DNA of 44,828 nucleotides, from assembly GCA_030646675.1 (NCBI GenBank), contig JAUSKX010000006.1, forward strand, positions 1-44,828, given 5' to 3'. Both the position numbers and the translations under genes were made by a program. Shown here one piece after another: positions 33,631 through 42,719 of the stretch. Numbering within the stretch: position 1 is the first letter of the stretch; the number at the start of each line of letters is the position of its first letter. The DNA comes from Candidatus Azambacteria bacterium. GTDB taxonomy: Bacteria > Patescibacteriota > Minisyncoccia > UBA10092. The notes under the pieces are model-generated. The model was not told the DNA's origin and did not search any database. It saw only the letters and a list, made by a program, of their open reading frames with translations.

Positions 33631-35472
33631 ATGAAAATTGCCAAATTCAACTACAAAAAATTTATAAACCAAATTTTTATTGCCTTAGGCGCTCTGCTTT
33701 TAATCGTGTTTGTTTTTACCTACCTTAATTCGGCTTTTGAGAACCCGAAAACACTGACTCTTTCCGAATTGGTTTCTAAAATAAATAGCGGGGAAGTTTC
33801 AAAAATTGTCGTTAAAAACGATGATTTGGACGTAACACTGAAAGACACAAGCGTTTACATTGCCAAAAAAGAAATCGGGAGTTCTCTTTCGGGAACTTTG
33901 AAAAATTACGGCGTAGACAGCGCGAAATTAAACGCCGTCGATATGCGGATTGAACAGAATGTGGGGGTGATATTTTGGGTTGGTACTGTTCTCCCGATAA
34001 TCTTGCCTTTTCTTTTAATCGGACTTTTGGTCTGGTACATGATGCGGCAGGCGAACAGGGCGAACAGTTCGGCCTTTGGTTTCGGCAAGTCCCAGGCCAA
34101 GCTTTTCGGGCCGTTTGACGGCAAGAAAAAAATAATGTTTTCCGATGTTGCCGGCGCTCACGAAGCCAAGGAAGAACTTATCGAGGTGGTTGATTTTTTG
34201 AAAAATCCCAAAAAATTTTTGGACATTGGCGCCCGGATTCCGCGCGGCGTTTTACTCGTCGGGGCGCCCGGAACCGGTAAAACTCTTTTGGCGCGGGCAG
34301 TGGCCGGCGAGGCCAATGTGCCCTTCTTTTATATTTCCGGTTCGGAATTCGTTGAAATGTTTGTCGGCGTTGGCGCTTCAAGAGTCCGCGATTTATTCAA
34401 TATGGCGAAAAAATTCGCGCCTTCAATTATTTTTGTTGACGAGATTGACGCGGTAGGTAGGCAGAGGGGCGCGGGACTTGGCGGCGGCCATGACGAGCGT
34501 GAGCAAACACTGAATCAGATTTTGGTTGAAATGGATGGATTTGACCGCGAAACCAATGTAATTATTATTTCGGCCACTAACAGGCCCGATATTCTGGACC
34601 CCGCGCTTTTGAGGCCGGGGCGCTTTGACCGGCGAATAGCGCTTGATATTCCCGACATCAACGACCGCGAGGCGATTTTGAAAATTCACGCTATTGGCAA
34701 GCCGTTGGCGCCGGATATTGACTTGAGAAGAATTGCCGAAAGAACGCCGGGATTTTCCGGAGCCGATTTGGCCAATGTTATAAACGAAGGAGCGATCGCG
34801 ACCGCCCGGCAGAATAAAAAAATAGTCGACCAGGAAACTTTGTATCATTCGATTGAAAAAGTGCTTATGGGGCCGGAACGGAGAAGTCATATTTTCTCTC
34901 AAAAAGAAAAAGAAATCGCCTCATATCACGAAGCGGGCCATGCGCTGGTTGCCGGCGTCTTGCCCCATTCGGACCCGGTTCATAAAATTTCGGTGGTTGC
35001 TCGCGGCAGCGCGGGAGGTTATACACTGAAACTTCCTCTTGAAGACAAACATCTTTATTCCAAGAGCGAATTTTTGGCCGACTTAGCGGTTTTGATGGGT
35101 GGTTATGCCGCCGAGAAAATTGTTTTTAAAGAACTTACAACGGGTGCCGCGAGCGATCTTAAAAAAGCGACCGGCTTGGCAAGGCGCTTAGTAACCGAAT
35201 ACGGAATGTCGGAGAAATTCGGCCCCATTGCTTTGGGCGAAAAAGAGGAAATGGTGTTTTTGGGCCGCGACTTCGGGACCGAAAAAAATTATTCCGAATC
35301 GGTTGCCGAACTTATTGACAAGGAAATAAAAGAATTTATTTTCACCGCTTTTGAAACGGCGAAAAAAGTTATTTCCCAACGGCGGAAAAAACTTAAGGAA
35401 ATCGCCGAACGCCTGATTGAAAAAGAAACAATCGAACGCGATGAGTTTGAAAAAATAATGTTGGCAGTTTAA
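33631..35472 (+). CDS. ftsH: ATP-dependent zinc metalloprotease FtsH
   Basis: 613 aa with two TM helices, Walker A GAPGTGKT, Walker B IIFVDEID and zinc motif HEAGHA. Confidence 0.97.
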   Translation: MKIAKFNYKKFINQIFIALGALLLIVFVFTYLNSAFENPKTLTLSELVSKINSGEVSKIVVKNDDLDVTLKDTSVYIAKKEIGSSLSGTLKNYGVDSAKLNAVDMRIEQNVGVIFWVGTVLPIILPFLLIGLLVWYMMRQANRANSSAFGFGKSQAKLFGPFDGKKKIMFSDVAGAHEAKEELIEVVDFLKNPKKFLDIGARIPRGVLLVGAPGTGKTLLARAVAGEANVPFFYISGSEFVEMFVGVGASRVRDLFNMAKKFAPSIIFVDEIDAVGRQRGAGLGGGHDEREQTLNQILVEMDGFDRETNVIIISATNRPDILDPALLRPGRFDRRIALDIPDINDREAILKIHAIGKPLAPDIDLRRIAERTPGFSGADLANVINEGAIATARQNKKIVDQETLYHSIEKVLMGPERRSHIFSQKEKEIASYHEAGHALVAGVLPHSDPVHKISVVARGSAGGYTLKLPLEDKHLYSKSEFLADLAVLMGGYAAEKIVFKELTTGAASDLKKATGLARRLVTEYGMSEKFGPIALGEKEEMVFLGRDFGTEKNYSESVAELIDKEIKEFIFTAFETAKKVISQRRKKLKEIAERLIEKETIERDEFEKIMLAV

Positions 35473-35484
35473 CATTGTATTTAC

Positions 35485-35558
35485 GCGAGTGTAGCTCAAT
35501 TGGTTAGAGCATCGAGCTTATACCTCGGGGGTTCCAGGTTCGAGTCCTGGCACTCGCA
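35485..35558 (+). tRNA. tRNA with anticodon UAU (tRNA-Ile(UAU) by anticodon)
   Basis: 74-nt cloverleaf with acceptor GCGAGTG/CACTCGC, D-arm GCTC/GAGC and anticodon stem TCGAG/CTCGG. Loop is CTTATAC with U33 and A37. T-arm CCAGGTTCGAGTCCTGG. Confidence 0.75.
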
Positions 35559-35563
35559 CAGGC

Positions 35564-35635
35564 GGGCGTTTAGCTCAGTGGTAGAGCGCTTCGTTGACAT
35601 CGAAGAGGCCAGAAGTCCGATCCTTCTAACGCCCA
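35564..35635 (+). tRNA. tRNA-Val(GAC)
   Basis: 72 nt with acceptor GGGCGTT/AACGCCC and anticodon loop TTGACAT. T-loop is TCCGATC (C55). Confidence 0.88.
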
Positions 35636-35638
35636 CAT

Positions 35639-36349
35639 ATGAACATTCCGCTTGATATTGTTTATGAAGATGAAGACGTTGTTGTTTTGAACAAACAGGC
35701 GGGAATTTCTGTTCATCCCTCTATTAATGAACCGAGTGGAACTTTGGTTGACGCTTTATTGGCGCGCTATCCAGAGTTGAAAGGCGTAGGGGAAGACCCA
35801 ATCCGCCCCGGAATTGTCCATCGTTTGGATAAAGACACTTCGGGCCTTTTGGTTGTTGCCAAGAACCAGAAAGCTTTTGAATTTTTGAAGAAAGAATGGC
35901 AGAGCGGCCAAGTTATTAAAAAATATTTTGCATTGGTTTGGGGAGAACCGAAAGAAAGTGGCGAAATTATTTCCGAGCTGGCCAGGTCTCCGAAAGATTT
36001 CAGGAGAAGAATAGTTGTGAATCCGGGGAAAAATAGAGACAAAGAAATAACGGGCAAGCTGGCTATAACTGAATATAAGGTTGTGAAAAAATATAAGGAT
36101 TTTTCCCTGGTTGAAGTTAAACCGAAAACAGGCCGGATGCATCAAATAAGAGTTCACATGGCTTCAATCGGCCATCCCGTCGCCGGAGACAAAATTTATG
36201 GTGGAAAAGAAAAAAATCCGGAGGGTTTAGCCCGACAATTTCTTCACGCGTTCTATTTGAGTTTTAGTTTGCCCAATGGCAAAAAACTGGCGCTGGAGGC
36301 GGACTTACCCGAAGATTTGCGGGTATTCTTGACCAAGTTGGAGAAATAG
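35639..36349 (+). CDS. RluA-family pseudouridine synthase (no S4 domain)
   Basis: 236 aa with the catalytic motif HRLDKDTSGLLVVAK and C-terminal HQIRVH. Confidence 0.85.
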   Translation: MNIPLDIVYEDEDVVVLNKQAGISVHPSINEPSGTLVDALLARYPELKGVGEDPIRPGIVHRLDKDTSGLLVVAKNQKAFEFLKKEWQSGQVIKKYFALVWGEPKESGEIISELARSPKDFRRRIVVNPGKNRDKEITGKLAITEYKVVKKYKDFSLVEVKPKTGRMHQIRVHMASIGHPVAGDKIYGGKEKNPEGLARQFLHAFYLSFSLPNGKKLALEADLPEDLRVFLTKLEK

Positions 36350-36373
36350 TGGCATAATGGGCAAGTTAAATTT

Positions 36374-36787
36374 ATGACCGACAAAATAAAACTATTTGAT
36401 AAGAAAAATTTGAAAAGTATGCCGGAGCTGAAAGCCGGTATGAAAGCGCGCGTCTGGCAGAAAATTAAAGAAGGCGATAAAGAACGCCTGCAGGCCTTTG
36501 AGGGTCTCATTATTGCCGTAAAGCACGGCCGGGGCAAAACGGGAACCTTTACCATGAGAAAAATTTCAAGCGGTATCGGTGTTGAAAGAGTTTTTCCTTT
36601 GCACGCGCCGACAATTGATAAAATTGAAATTTTGTCGCAGGCCAAAGTGCGCCGCGCAAAACTTTATTACTTAAGAGGTCGCATCGGCAAAAAAGCCAAA
36701 ATGAAACACGTGGAGCTCGCCGAGGCCGTTGCGCCCGTTGAAACGGCCGCGCCTGTTGTTGAGCCGGTAGAAGAAGTAGTAGAATAA
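36374..36787 (+). CDS. rplS: 50S ribosomal protein L19 (with Ala/Val/Glu-rich C-terminal tail)
   Basis: 137 aa (RVWQKIKEGDKERLQAFEGLIIAVKHGRG...FTMRKISSGIGVERVFPLHAP.IDKIEI). Confidence 0.9.
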   Translation: MTDKIKLFDKKNLKSMPELKAGMKARVWQKIKEGDKERLQAFEGLIIAVKHGRGKTGTFTMRKISSGIGVERVFPLHAPTIDKIEILSQAKVRRAKLYYLRGRIGKKAKMKHVELAEAVAPVETAAPVVEPVEEVVE

Positions 36788-36796
36788 AAACAGCGC

Positions 36797-36877
36797 GCGC
36801 GGGTGGCGAAATGGCAGACGCACTACCTTGAGGTGGTAGCGCCGCAAGGCATGCAGGTTCGACTCCTGTCCCGCGCA
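36797..36877 (+). tRNA. tRNA-Leu(GAG)
   Basis: 81 nt with acceptor GCGCGGG/CCCGCGC, anticodon loop TTGAGGT and a long variable arm. Confidence 0.9.
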
Positions 36878-36886
36878 CTAAAATAT

Positions 36887-38209
36887 ATGGATTTAAAACA
36901 ATTCGCATCGGCTTTGAGCCAGATTTCCGAAGAAAAGGGCATTTCTCCCGAGAAAGTCCTGGAAACGATAGAGATGGCTTTGGCCGCGGCTTACAAAAAA
37001 GAATATGGTGAAAAAGGCCAGATTGTCAGGGCCAAATTCAACCCGAAAACCGGGGATGTTAAGTTTTCCCAAGTCAAAATTGTCGTTGACGAATCAATGC
37101 TCAAACCGGAGGACGAAGATGATGGCGACGAGCCCTCCTTCGCCAAGGCTATGGAGGGTGAAGAAGACAAAAAAATCAGATTCAATGCTGAACGCCATAT
37201 CATGCTTGATGAGGCGAAAAAAATTAAAAAAGACATCACCGTAGGCGACGAACTTGAATTCTCGCTTGATGCCAAGGAAGATTTCGGACGCATCGCCGCG
37301 CAAACTGCCAAACAGGTTATTGTTCAGCGCATCCGCGAGGCCGAAAGGGAAGCCATTTGGAACGAATTTAAAGACAAAGAAAGCGAGCTTGTCAGCGGTA
37401 TCATTCAAAGAATGGAAATGAATAATATTTTTATTGATTTAGGAAAAACCGTTGCCGTTTTCCCAAAAGAAGAGCAGGTATTCAGCGAAAAATATTATGT
37501 CGGTTCCAGAATGAAATTTTATATTTTATCGGTAAATTCCGACCCCAAAGGGCCGGGAATAGTTTTGTCGCGCTCCCATCCGAAAATGGTTTCGCGGCTT
37601 TTTGAACTTGAAGTTCCCGAAATTGGCGGCGGTACGGTTGAAATAAAATCCATTGCCCGCGAAGCCGGCAGCCGCACCAAAATCGGCGTTTATTCAAATG
37701 AAGAAGGCATTGACTCGGTTGGTTCCTGCATCGGCCAGAAAGGTTCCAGGGTTGCCGCGGTTATTTCGGAAATCGGCGGCGAAAAAATAGATATTATCGA
37801 ATGGTCGGAAGACCCCGAAATTTTTATTTCAAACGCGATGTCGCCGGCTAAAGTTACCAAAATTGAAATTATGCCCCAAAGGCACACGGCCAAAGTTTTC
37901 GTGCCGGAAGACCAACTGTCTTTGGCGATAGGCAAGGCCGGCCAGAATGTCCGCCTCGCCGCCAAATTGACCGGATGGAAAATTGACGTTATTGGAGCTA
38001 CTTTAACTGCCGAAGGTCTTAAAGAAGGCAAAAAACTGGAAGATTTGGAAGGCGTTGGAGAAAAAACCGCCGACGCCCTGCGCGCCGCCGGGTTCAACAC
38101 TCCCGAAGATATAGCAGGCGCCTCAATTGAAGATTTACTTAAAGCCGAGGGCGTCGGCGAGAAGACCGCCGAAAAAATTCTGGACGCCGCAAAAAAATTG
38201 TGTGGATAG
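36887..38209 (+). CDS. nusA: Transcription termination/antitermination factor NusA
   Basis: I chose the ATG at 36887 (MDLKQFASAL...) because the track's start overlaps tRNA-Leu. Has S1 and KH regions (IGQKGSRV, IGKAGQNVRLA) and C-terminal HhH repeats (GVGEKTA twice). Confidence 0.9.
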   Translation: MDLKQFASALSQISEEKGISPEKVLETIEMALAAAYKKEYGEKGQIVRAKFNPKTGDVKFSQVKIVVDESMLKPEDEDDGDEPSFAKAMEGEEDKKIRFNAERHIMLDEAKKIKKDITVGDELEFSLDAKEDFGRIAAQTAKQVIVQRIREAEREAIWNEFKDKESELVSGIIQRMEMNNIFIDLGKTVAVFPKEEQVFSEKYYVGSRMKFYILSVNSDPKGPGIVLSRSHPKMVSRLFELEVPEIGGGTVEIKSIAREAGSRTKIGVYSNEEGIDSVGSCIGQKGSRVAAVISEIGGEKIDIIEWSEDPEIFISNAMSPAKVTKIEIMPQRHTAKVFVPEDQLSLAIGKAGQNVRLAAKLTGWKIDVIGATLTAEGLKEGKKLEDLEGVGEKTADALRAAGFNTPEDIAGASIEDLLKAEGVGEKTAEKILDAAKKLCG

Positions 38210-38250
38210 TTTGTTTGGTTGTTTAATCGCGTTTGGTGTAAAATGTCGGT

Positions 38251-38787
38251 ATGGACGGGCAAGCTTTTCTAAATGTTGAAAAAATTATCGAACAGCTTAA
38301 TGTAGGACCGAATATGGCTGTTGCCGATTTTGGCGCCGGTCACGGTTTTTTTTCCGTTGCCTTTGCCAAAAGAGTCGGCTCATCGGGCCAGATTTTTGCC
38401 GTTGATATTTTGCAGGCGGCGCTTGAGGCAATAAGGTCCCGCGCCAGGCTCGAAGGGCTTTTTAATATAAAGTTGGTGAAAGGCGATTTGGGAAAAATTG
38501 GCGGCTCGACATTGCCGGAAGAAAGCTGTGATATGGTTTTTATTGCCAATTTATTATTTCAAGTTCCGGACAAATCGGAATTGATTGGCGAAGCATTTCG
38601 TATTTTGAAAAAAGGCGGAGAACTTGCCATTGTCGAATGGAAACCGTATATATCTCTCGGTCCTCAAAAAGAGCAGCGGCTTTCGGAAGAAGAAGTGAAG
38701 CAAATTGTCGCGCCAAAAGGGTTTGGCGAACCGAAGCAAATTGACGCCGGCAGCCATCACTACGGATTAATTTTTATTAAAAATTAA
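38251..38787 (+). CDS. Class I SAM-dependent methyltransferase
   Basis: 178 aa with motif I VADFGAGHGFFS and post-I AVDI. Confidence 0.75.
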   Translation: MDGQAFLNVEKIIEQLNVGPNMAVADFGAGHGFFSVAFAKRVGSSGQIFAVDILQAALEAIRSRARLEGLFNIKLVKGDLGKIGGSTLPEESCDMVFIANLLFQVPDKSELIGEAFRILKKGGELAIVEWKPYISLGPQKEQRLSEEEVKQIVAPKGFGEPKQIDAGSHHYGLIFIKN

Positions 38788-38793
38788 ATTGAC

Positions 38794-40125
38794 ATGAGAA
38801 TATTTAATAAAGAAATAAGCAATGCAGCGTTAGTTATGATGGGCGCGGTTGTAGTCATCATTTTGCTCATAAGTTCGATTTTTTTGGGCATTTTGCCGGG
38901 TTCAAAACCACAAAAAGCGGGGCAGGCGACGCTCGAATTTTGGGGTCTTTTTGACAGCGCTTCGGTTTGGCAGCCGCTTTTTGATGAATACAGAAAAACC
39001 CATTCCAATACTTTTTTCAAATATACCCAAATGGAACCCGCCGCGTACGAGCAGAAACTGATTGAAGCGCTCGCTTCCGGAAAATCGCCCGATATTATAA
39101 TGTTCCGCTCTTCATGGCTCCCGAAGCACGGCAATAAAATTTCGCCCCTTCCCGAAACAATGATGACGTTGAGAACTTTTCAGGAAACTTTTCCCGATGT
39201 CGCGACAATTGATTTTGTTTCAAGCGGCAAAATTTACGCGTTGCCGGTTTGGACGGATGCCTTGTCCATGTTTTACAACAAAGATTTATTCAACACCGCC
39301 GGCGTGGCGGTGCCGCCCAAAACTTGGGAAGATTTTATCAAAGTCGTTCAAAAATTAACCAGCAAAGATAAGTCCGGCAATTTGCTCAAGTCCGGAGCCG
39401 CTGTCGGCGCGGCCGATAATGTCGATAATGCCGCGGACATTTTAAGTTTGTTGATGCTTCAAACCGGAACAAGAATGATTAGCGACGATGGCGCGAAAGC
39501 GGTTTTTGACCAAGCTGTTACGGTAAACGGAACTAATTACAAACCCGGCGAATCCGCTTTGCGATTTTACACGGATTTCGCCAATCCCAAATCCGGCGCC
39601 TACGTTTGGAATAATAATTTGCCGAATTCTTTTGACGCCTTCGCCTCGGGGCAGGCGGCGATTATTTTTGATTACGCCGTTAATATCCCGCGCTTAAAAC
39701 AAAAAGCCCCGAACTTGCGTCTTGGGGTTGCACCCATTCCACAGCTCTCCGGCGAAAGTAAGACAGTTAATTATGCCGATTTTTGGGGGTATAGCGTCCC
39801 CGCGGCGTCAAAAAATTCCGTCTCCGCTTGGGAATTTATAATTTTTTTAACCGGCGTAGATACAAATAGATATTTCGCGAACGCGGTTTCAAGGCCGGCC
39901 GCGAGGCGTGATGTTCTTAATGAAGAAAAATCGTCGCCCGACCTTGGTGTTTTTGCCGAATCGGTTTTATCGGCAACCAATTGGTATCAGACCGACCCGG
40001 CGGCGGTTGAAAATATTTTTAAAGACATGCTCAACGCGGTGGTTTTGAGAAATACCACACCGGCTGACGCCATCTCCGACGCCGCCGCCAGAGTTTCATC
40101 ATTAATGAGAAAGAATGAATTTTGA
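38794..40125 (+). CDS. Extracellular solute-binding protein (ABC family 1-like), membrane-anchored
   Basis: 443 aa with an N-terminal TM anchor and sugar-type SBP-like sequence. No permease or ATPase gene is adjacent. Confidence 0.55.
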   Translation: MRIFNKEISNAALVMMGAVVVIILLISSIFLGILPGSKPQKAGQATLEFWGLFDSASVWQPLFDEYRKTHSNTFFKYTQMEPAAYEQKLIEALASGKSPDIIMFRSSWLPKHGNKISPLPETMMTLRTFQETFPDVATIDFVSSGKIYALPVWTDALSMFYNKDLFNTAGVAVPPKTWEDFIKVVQKLTSKDKSGNLLKSGAAVGAADNVDNAADILSLLMLQTGTRMISDDGAKAVFDQAVTVNGTNYKPGESALRFYTDFANPKSGAYVWNNNLPNSFDAFASGQAAIIFDYAVNIPRLKQKAPNLRLGVAPIPQLSGESKTVNYADFWGYSVPAASKNSVSAWEFIIFLTGVDTNRYFANAVSRPAARRDVLNEEKSSPDLGVFAESVLSATNWYQTDPAAVENIFKDMLNAVVLRNTTPADAISDAAARVSSLMRKNEF

Positions 40126-41203
40126 TTTTTTAAAAGCGGCCATTGTACCGTGCGGCTTAGGGCCGGCCGCCGATGCCGGTTTCAAGGCTTGCACTGTGTG
40201 TGATTTTTTTGTCTTGCTCCAGAACATAATCAACTTTTTTCTTTACCTGATGATACCGCTTGTAACCCTGGCGGCGGTTTATATCGCTTTTATTTTCATG
40301 ACTTCCGGCGGCTCGTCGTCAAAAATCACCGACGCGAAAGGCAAGGCATGGCTCGTGCTTTTAGGAATTTTCTGGGTCTTGGGTTCGTGGCTTGTTCTAA
40401 ATACCATTTTGAATATCGTTGCCAAGCCGGGTGTTTTTCCATGGCCGTGGAATCAAATTAATTGCCAAGCCAGCCAGCCGGCCGCCAACACCACCGGCTC
40501 TCCGTCGGTTGAAACGCCGGTTGATACTTCGGGCTTTATGTCGGTTGATAGAGATCCCGTTGACGCCATCGCGCGTTTGGACCAAGCCAGCCAGACCGGT
40601 GAAGTTTATGCGGATGGTGTTCAAACGAATACGCCGGGATATATGTCGGTTGATACAGAACATGACGGCCTGGAACAGGTTGAGCCCGCGACGCCGTATT
40701 CTTCAGCGCAAGTTGAGAACCCGGCAATCGACGCGATGGTAAAACAGGCCGATGTCAACGGTGTTGACCCAAATCTGGTGAAAGCTGTTATTCAGGCTGA
40801 ATCGTCCGGCAACAAGAATGCGATACATGTTGATAAAGACGGAAAAGCATCATACGGATTAATGCAAGTAAGAACTGATACAGCGAAACGGTACGATTCG
40901 ACTCTGGCTAATTTATCCGACGCTCAAATCGGTGAAAAGTTAAAAGACCCGGATTACAATATGGAAATCGGAACTGCTTATCTTCAGGATTTATCCGTAA
41001 AATATAAAGGCGATTTGGATAAAGTAATTGCCGCCTATAACGGTGGGCCGGGAGCCAACAAACCGAGCGTTGATTGTCCGGGCTCCATGAGATGGCAATG
41101 CCAATGGGACAATACGGCGCAGACAGTCCCCAACACCGGCTACGCGGTAACGAGAAATTATGTCGTCAAAGTTAATAACTATTACTCGCAATTAAGCAAA
41201 TAA
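40115..41203 (+). CDS. Fusion of a VirB2/TrbC-like pilin-type membrane module with a lytic transglycosylase (SLT) domain
   Basis: The N-terminus (IVPCG...C.VCDFF...two TM helices around TSGGSS) resembles the two downstream pilin-like proteins. C-terminal SLT motifs are IQAESSGNKNA, YGLMQV and AYNGGPG. Confidence 0.7.
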   Translation: MNFDFLKAAIVPCGLGPAADAGFKACTVCDFFVLLQNIINFFLYLMIPLVTLAAVYIAFIFMTSGGSSSKITDAKGKAWLVLLGIFWVLGSWLVLNTILNIVAKPGVFPWPWNQINCQASQPAANTTGSPSVETPVDTSGFMSVDRDPVDAIARLDQASQTGEVYADGVQTNTPGYMSVDTEHDGLEQVEPATPYSSAQVENPAIDAMVKQADVNGVDPNLVKAVIQAESSGNKNAIHVDKDGKASYGLMQVRTDTAKRYDSTLANLSDAQIGEKLKDPDYNMEIGTAYLQDLSVKYKGDLDKVIAAYNGGPGANKPSVDCPGSMRWQCQWDNTAQTVPNTGYAVTRNYVVKVNNYYSQLSK

Positions 41204-41221
41204 TGTTATATAATTAAACCA

Positions 41222-41515
41222 ATGAAAATTTTAACCGCGCTGGCGCAAACTGTTACTATTCCCAATCCGCTGACATCGGACTCAATTACCGGCCTGGTTG
41301 ATAATGTCGCTACGTGGCTTTTGGGAATCGGACTGACAATTTCCACCATAGTAATTATCTGGGCGGCGATTGTTTTCATAACCAGCGGCGGCAATACGGA
41401 AAGAGTGACTATGGCGCGAAAAACTCTGTGGTATGCTATAATCGGAATAGTTGTTTTGCTTCTGGCCAAGGGTGTTACAAGTTTAGTCGCGAATTTCTTA
41501 GGCGGTAATTTTTAA
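41222..41515 (+). CDS. VirB2/TrbC-like (T4SS-type) pilin
   Basis: 97 aa with two TM helices separated by ITSGGNTERV. Same layout as the neighbouring gene. Confidence 0.55.
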   Translation: MKILTALAQTVTIPNPLTSDSITGLVDNVATWLLGIGLTISTIVIIWAAIVFITSGGNTERVTMARKTLWYAIIGIVVLLLAKGVTSLVANFLGGNF

Positions 41516-41545
41516 AAAATATTAAAAATTAAAATTAAATAAATT

Positions 41546-41902
41546 ATGAACAAAGACATTTTTAAAAAAGTAGGTATAGGCATAGGGGTGGCAGGGCTCG
41601 CGCTTTTCCCGCTTCTTGCGTTAGCGCAAATCGGCGGGGTGCCGGGGCCGATTCTTACAAGCCCGACTGGTATTGCTGTTCTGCTTCAAAAAGTATTGAA
41701 TTTCATTGCGGCGATTGTATTAACCATTGCCTTGATAATGTTGTTGTACGCCGCCATTTTATATCTCGGAGCGGGAGCAAGCACCGCGGCTCTTGATAAG
41801 GCGAAAAGCGTTTTGATATACGCGGTTGTGGGAATTGTGGTCGCGATACTGGCTTTTTCGGTCATTCCTTTCGTCCAGACCGTTCTTCAGGGCAATTTCT
41901 AG
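41546..41902 (+). CDS. VirB2/TrbC-like (T4SS-type) pilin
   Basis: 118 aa with a signal-like N-terminus and two TM helices separated by LGAGASTAALDKAK. Confidence 0.55.
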   Translation: MNKDIFKKVGIGIGVAGLALFPLLALAQIGGVPGPILTSPTGIAVLLQKVLNFIAAIVLTIALIMLLYAAILYLGAGASTAALDKAKSVLIYAVVGIVVAILAFSVIPFVQTVLQGNF

Positions 41903-41905
41903 TAT

Positions 41906-41934
41906 TTGACACAAAAACTCATTTAGTGTATAAT
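41906..41934 (+). promoter_or_regulatory. Consensus sigma-70 promoter
   Basis: TTGACA, 17-nt spacer, TATAAT (41929-41934). Confidence 0.7.
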
Positions 41935-42006
41935 AACCCCCATATAGTGAAATATGGGGGTTATTAGTTTTAGTACCTAAACAATATAAAAAATGGAGGT
42001 GTTGAA

Positions 42007-42630
42007 ATGTCAAAAAGGAGAAAGGTTTTAATTGGTATTGTTGTCGCGTTGTTAGTGGCGCTAGCATTGTTTTTTTTCGGGTATAAATATGGTCAGAAAC
42101 AGTGCAAGCCCTGCCCCCAGCCCGTCATTCAGAAGGAGGAGGTAAAAAAGCCGGAGCAGAAAATCGCGAAAAAGCAGGTCGTCAAACGTCAGGTCGTGAG
42201 GCGGGCCCCAGTTCCGGTTTCGGCGCCGGTGCGGCAAGCGGTAGTACCAAACTACGCGGCGCCGAAACTCATTCTGCGTATCAATGTGGTTGAGTGGTCA
42301 GAGGATTTCAGGGGTAAATCCCTTTTGTCCCGCGACATTGGGCCGGTTGTCAAACAAGGGTTGGCCAATGGAACGGTAGTTAGAACCAAAAGCCAATGTG
42401 GGTTTATCGTCAACGGTGCCAGCGTGGTAGTCAATGATGGCAATGCTATTGTTGACCAGGGCCCGATTGGACCGGAAACAGTTCTGACCGTCCAGCCCTC
42501 GGCTGGACCTAAGTTTGCTTCGCCTCCAGACGCGCTTCCCCTAACAACAAACCCGGGGGAATTGGACGCGCTGGTCAAAAGGGGGTCGAGCGAAATCTGG
42601 CTGTGCTTTATCCTCGCGCCACCGGCATGA
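42007..42630 (+). CDS. Single-pass membrane protein (hypothetical)
   Basis: 207 aa with GGAGG upstream. N-terminal TM anchor, a Lys/Val/Pro-rich linker and a C-terminal globular region. GC-rich relative to its neighbours. Confidence 0.55.
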   Translation: MSKRRKVLIGIVVALLVALALFFFGYKYGQKQCKPCPQPVIQKEEVKKPEQKIAKKQVVKRQVVRRAPVPVSAPVRQAVVPNYAAPKLILRINVVEWSEDFRGKSLLSRDIGPVVKQGLANGTVVRTKSQCGFIVNGASVVVNDGNAIVDQGPIGPETVLTVQPSAGPKFASPPDALPLTTNPGELDALVKRGSSEIWLCFILAPPA

Positions 42631-42719
42631 TAGCCGATGGTACAAGTCGGGAGTCCCAAACGGGACTCCCGCCCAAAAACTTGCTTTCAAAATTTTGAAA
42701 GCAAAAATTGGGAATAAAT

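Noticed and set aside
36803-36886. N-terminal extension of nusA in the track (start at 36803)
   Set aside because: The extension is read through tRNA-Leu(GAG). The ATG at 36887 gives the canonical NusA N-terminus.
42648-42704. Two hairpins (cgggagtccc...gggactcccg and ttgctttcaaaattttgaaagcaa) considered as terminators after the 42007-42630 gene
   Set aside because: Neither is followed by a T-run on the plus strand. They may still act as structure or processing sites, but an intrinsic-terminator call is not justified.
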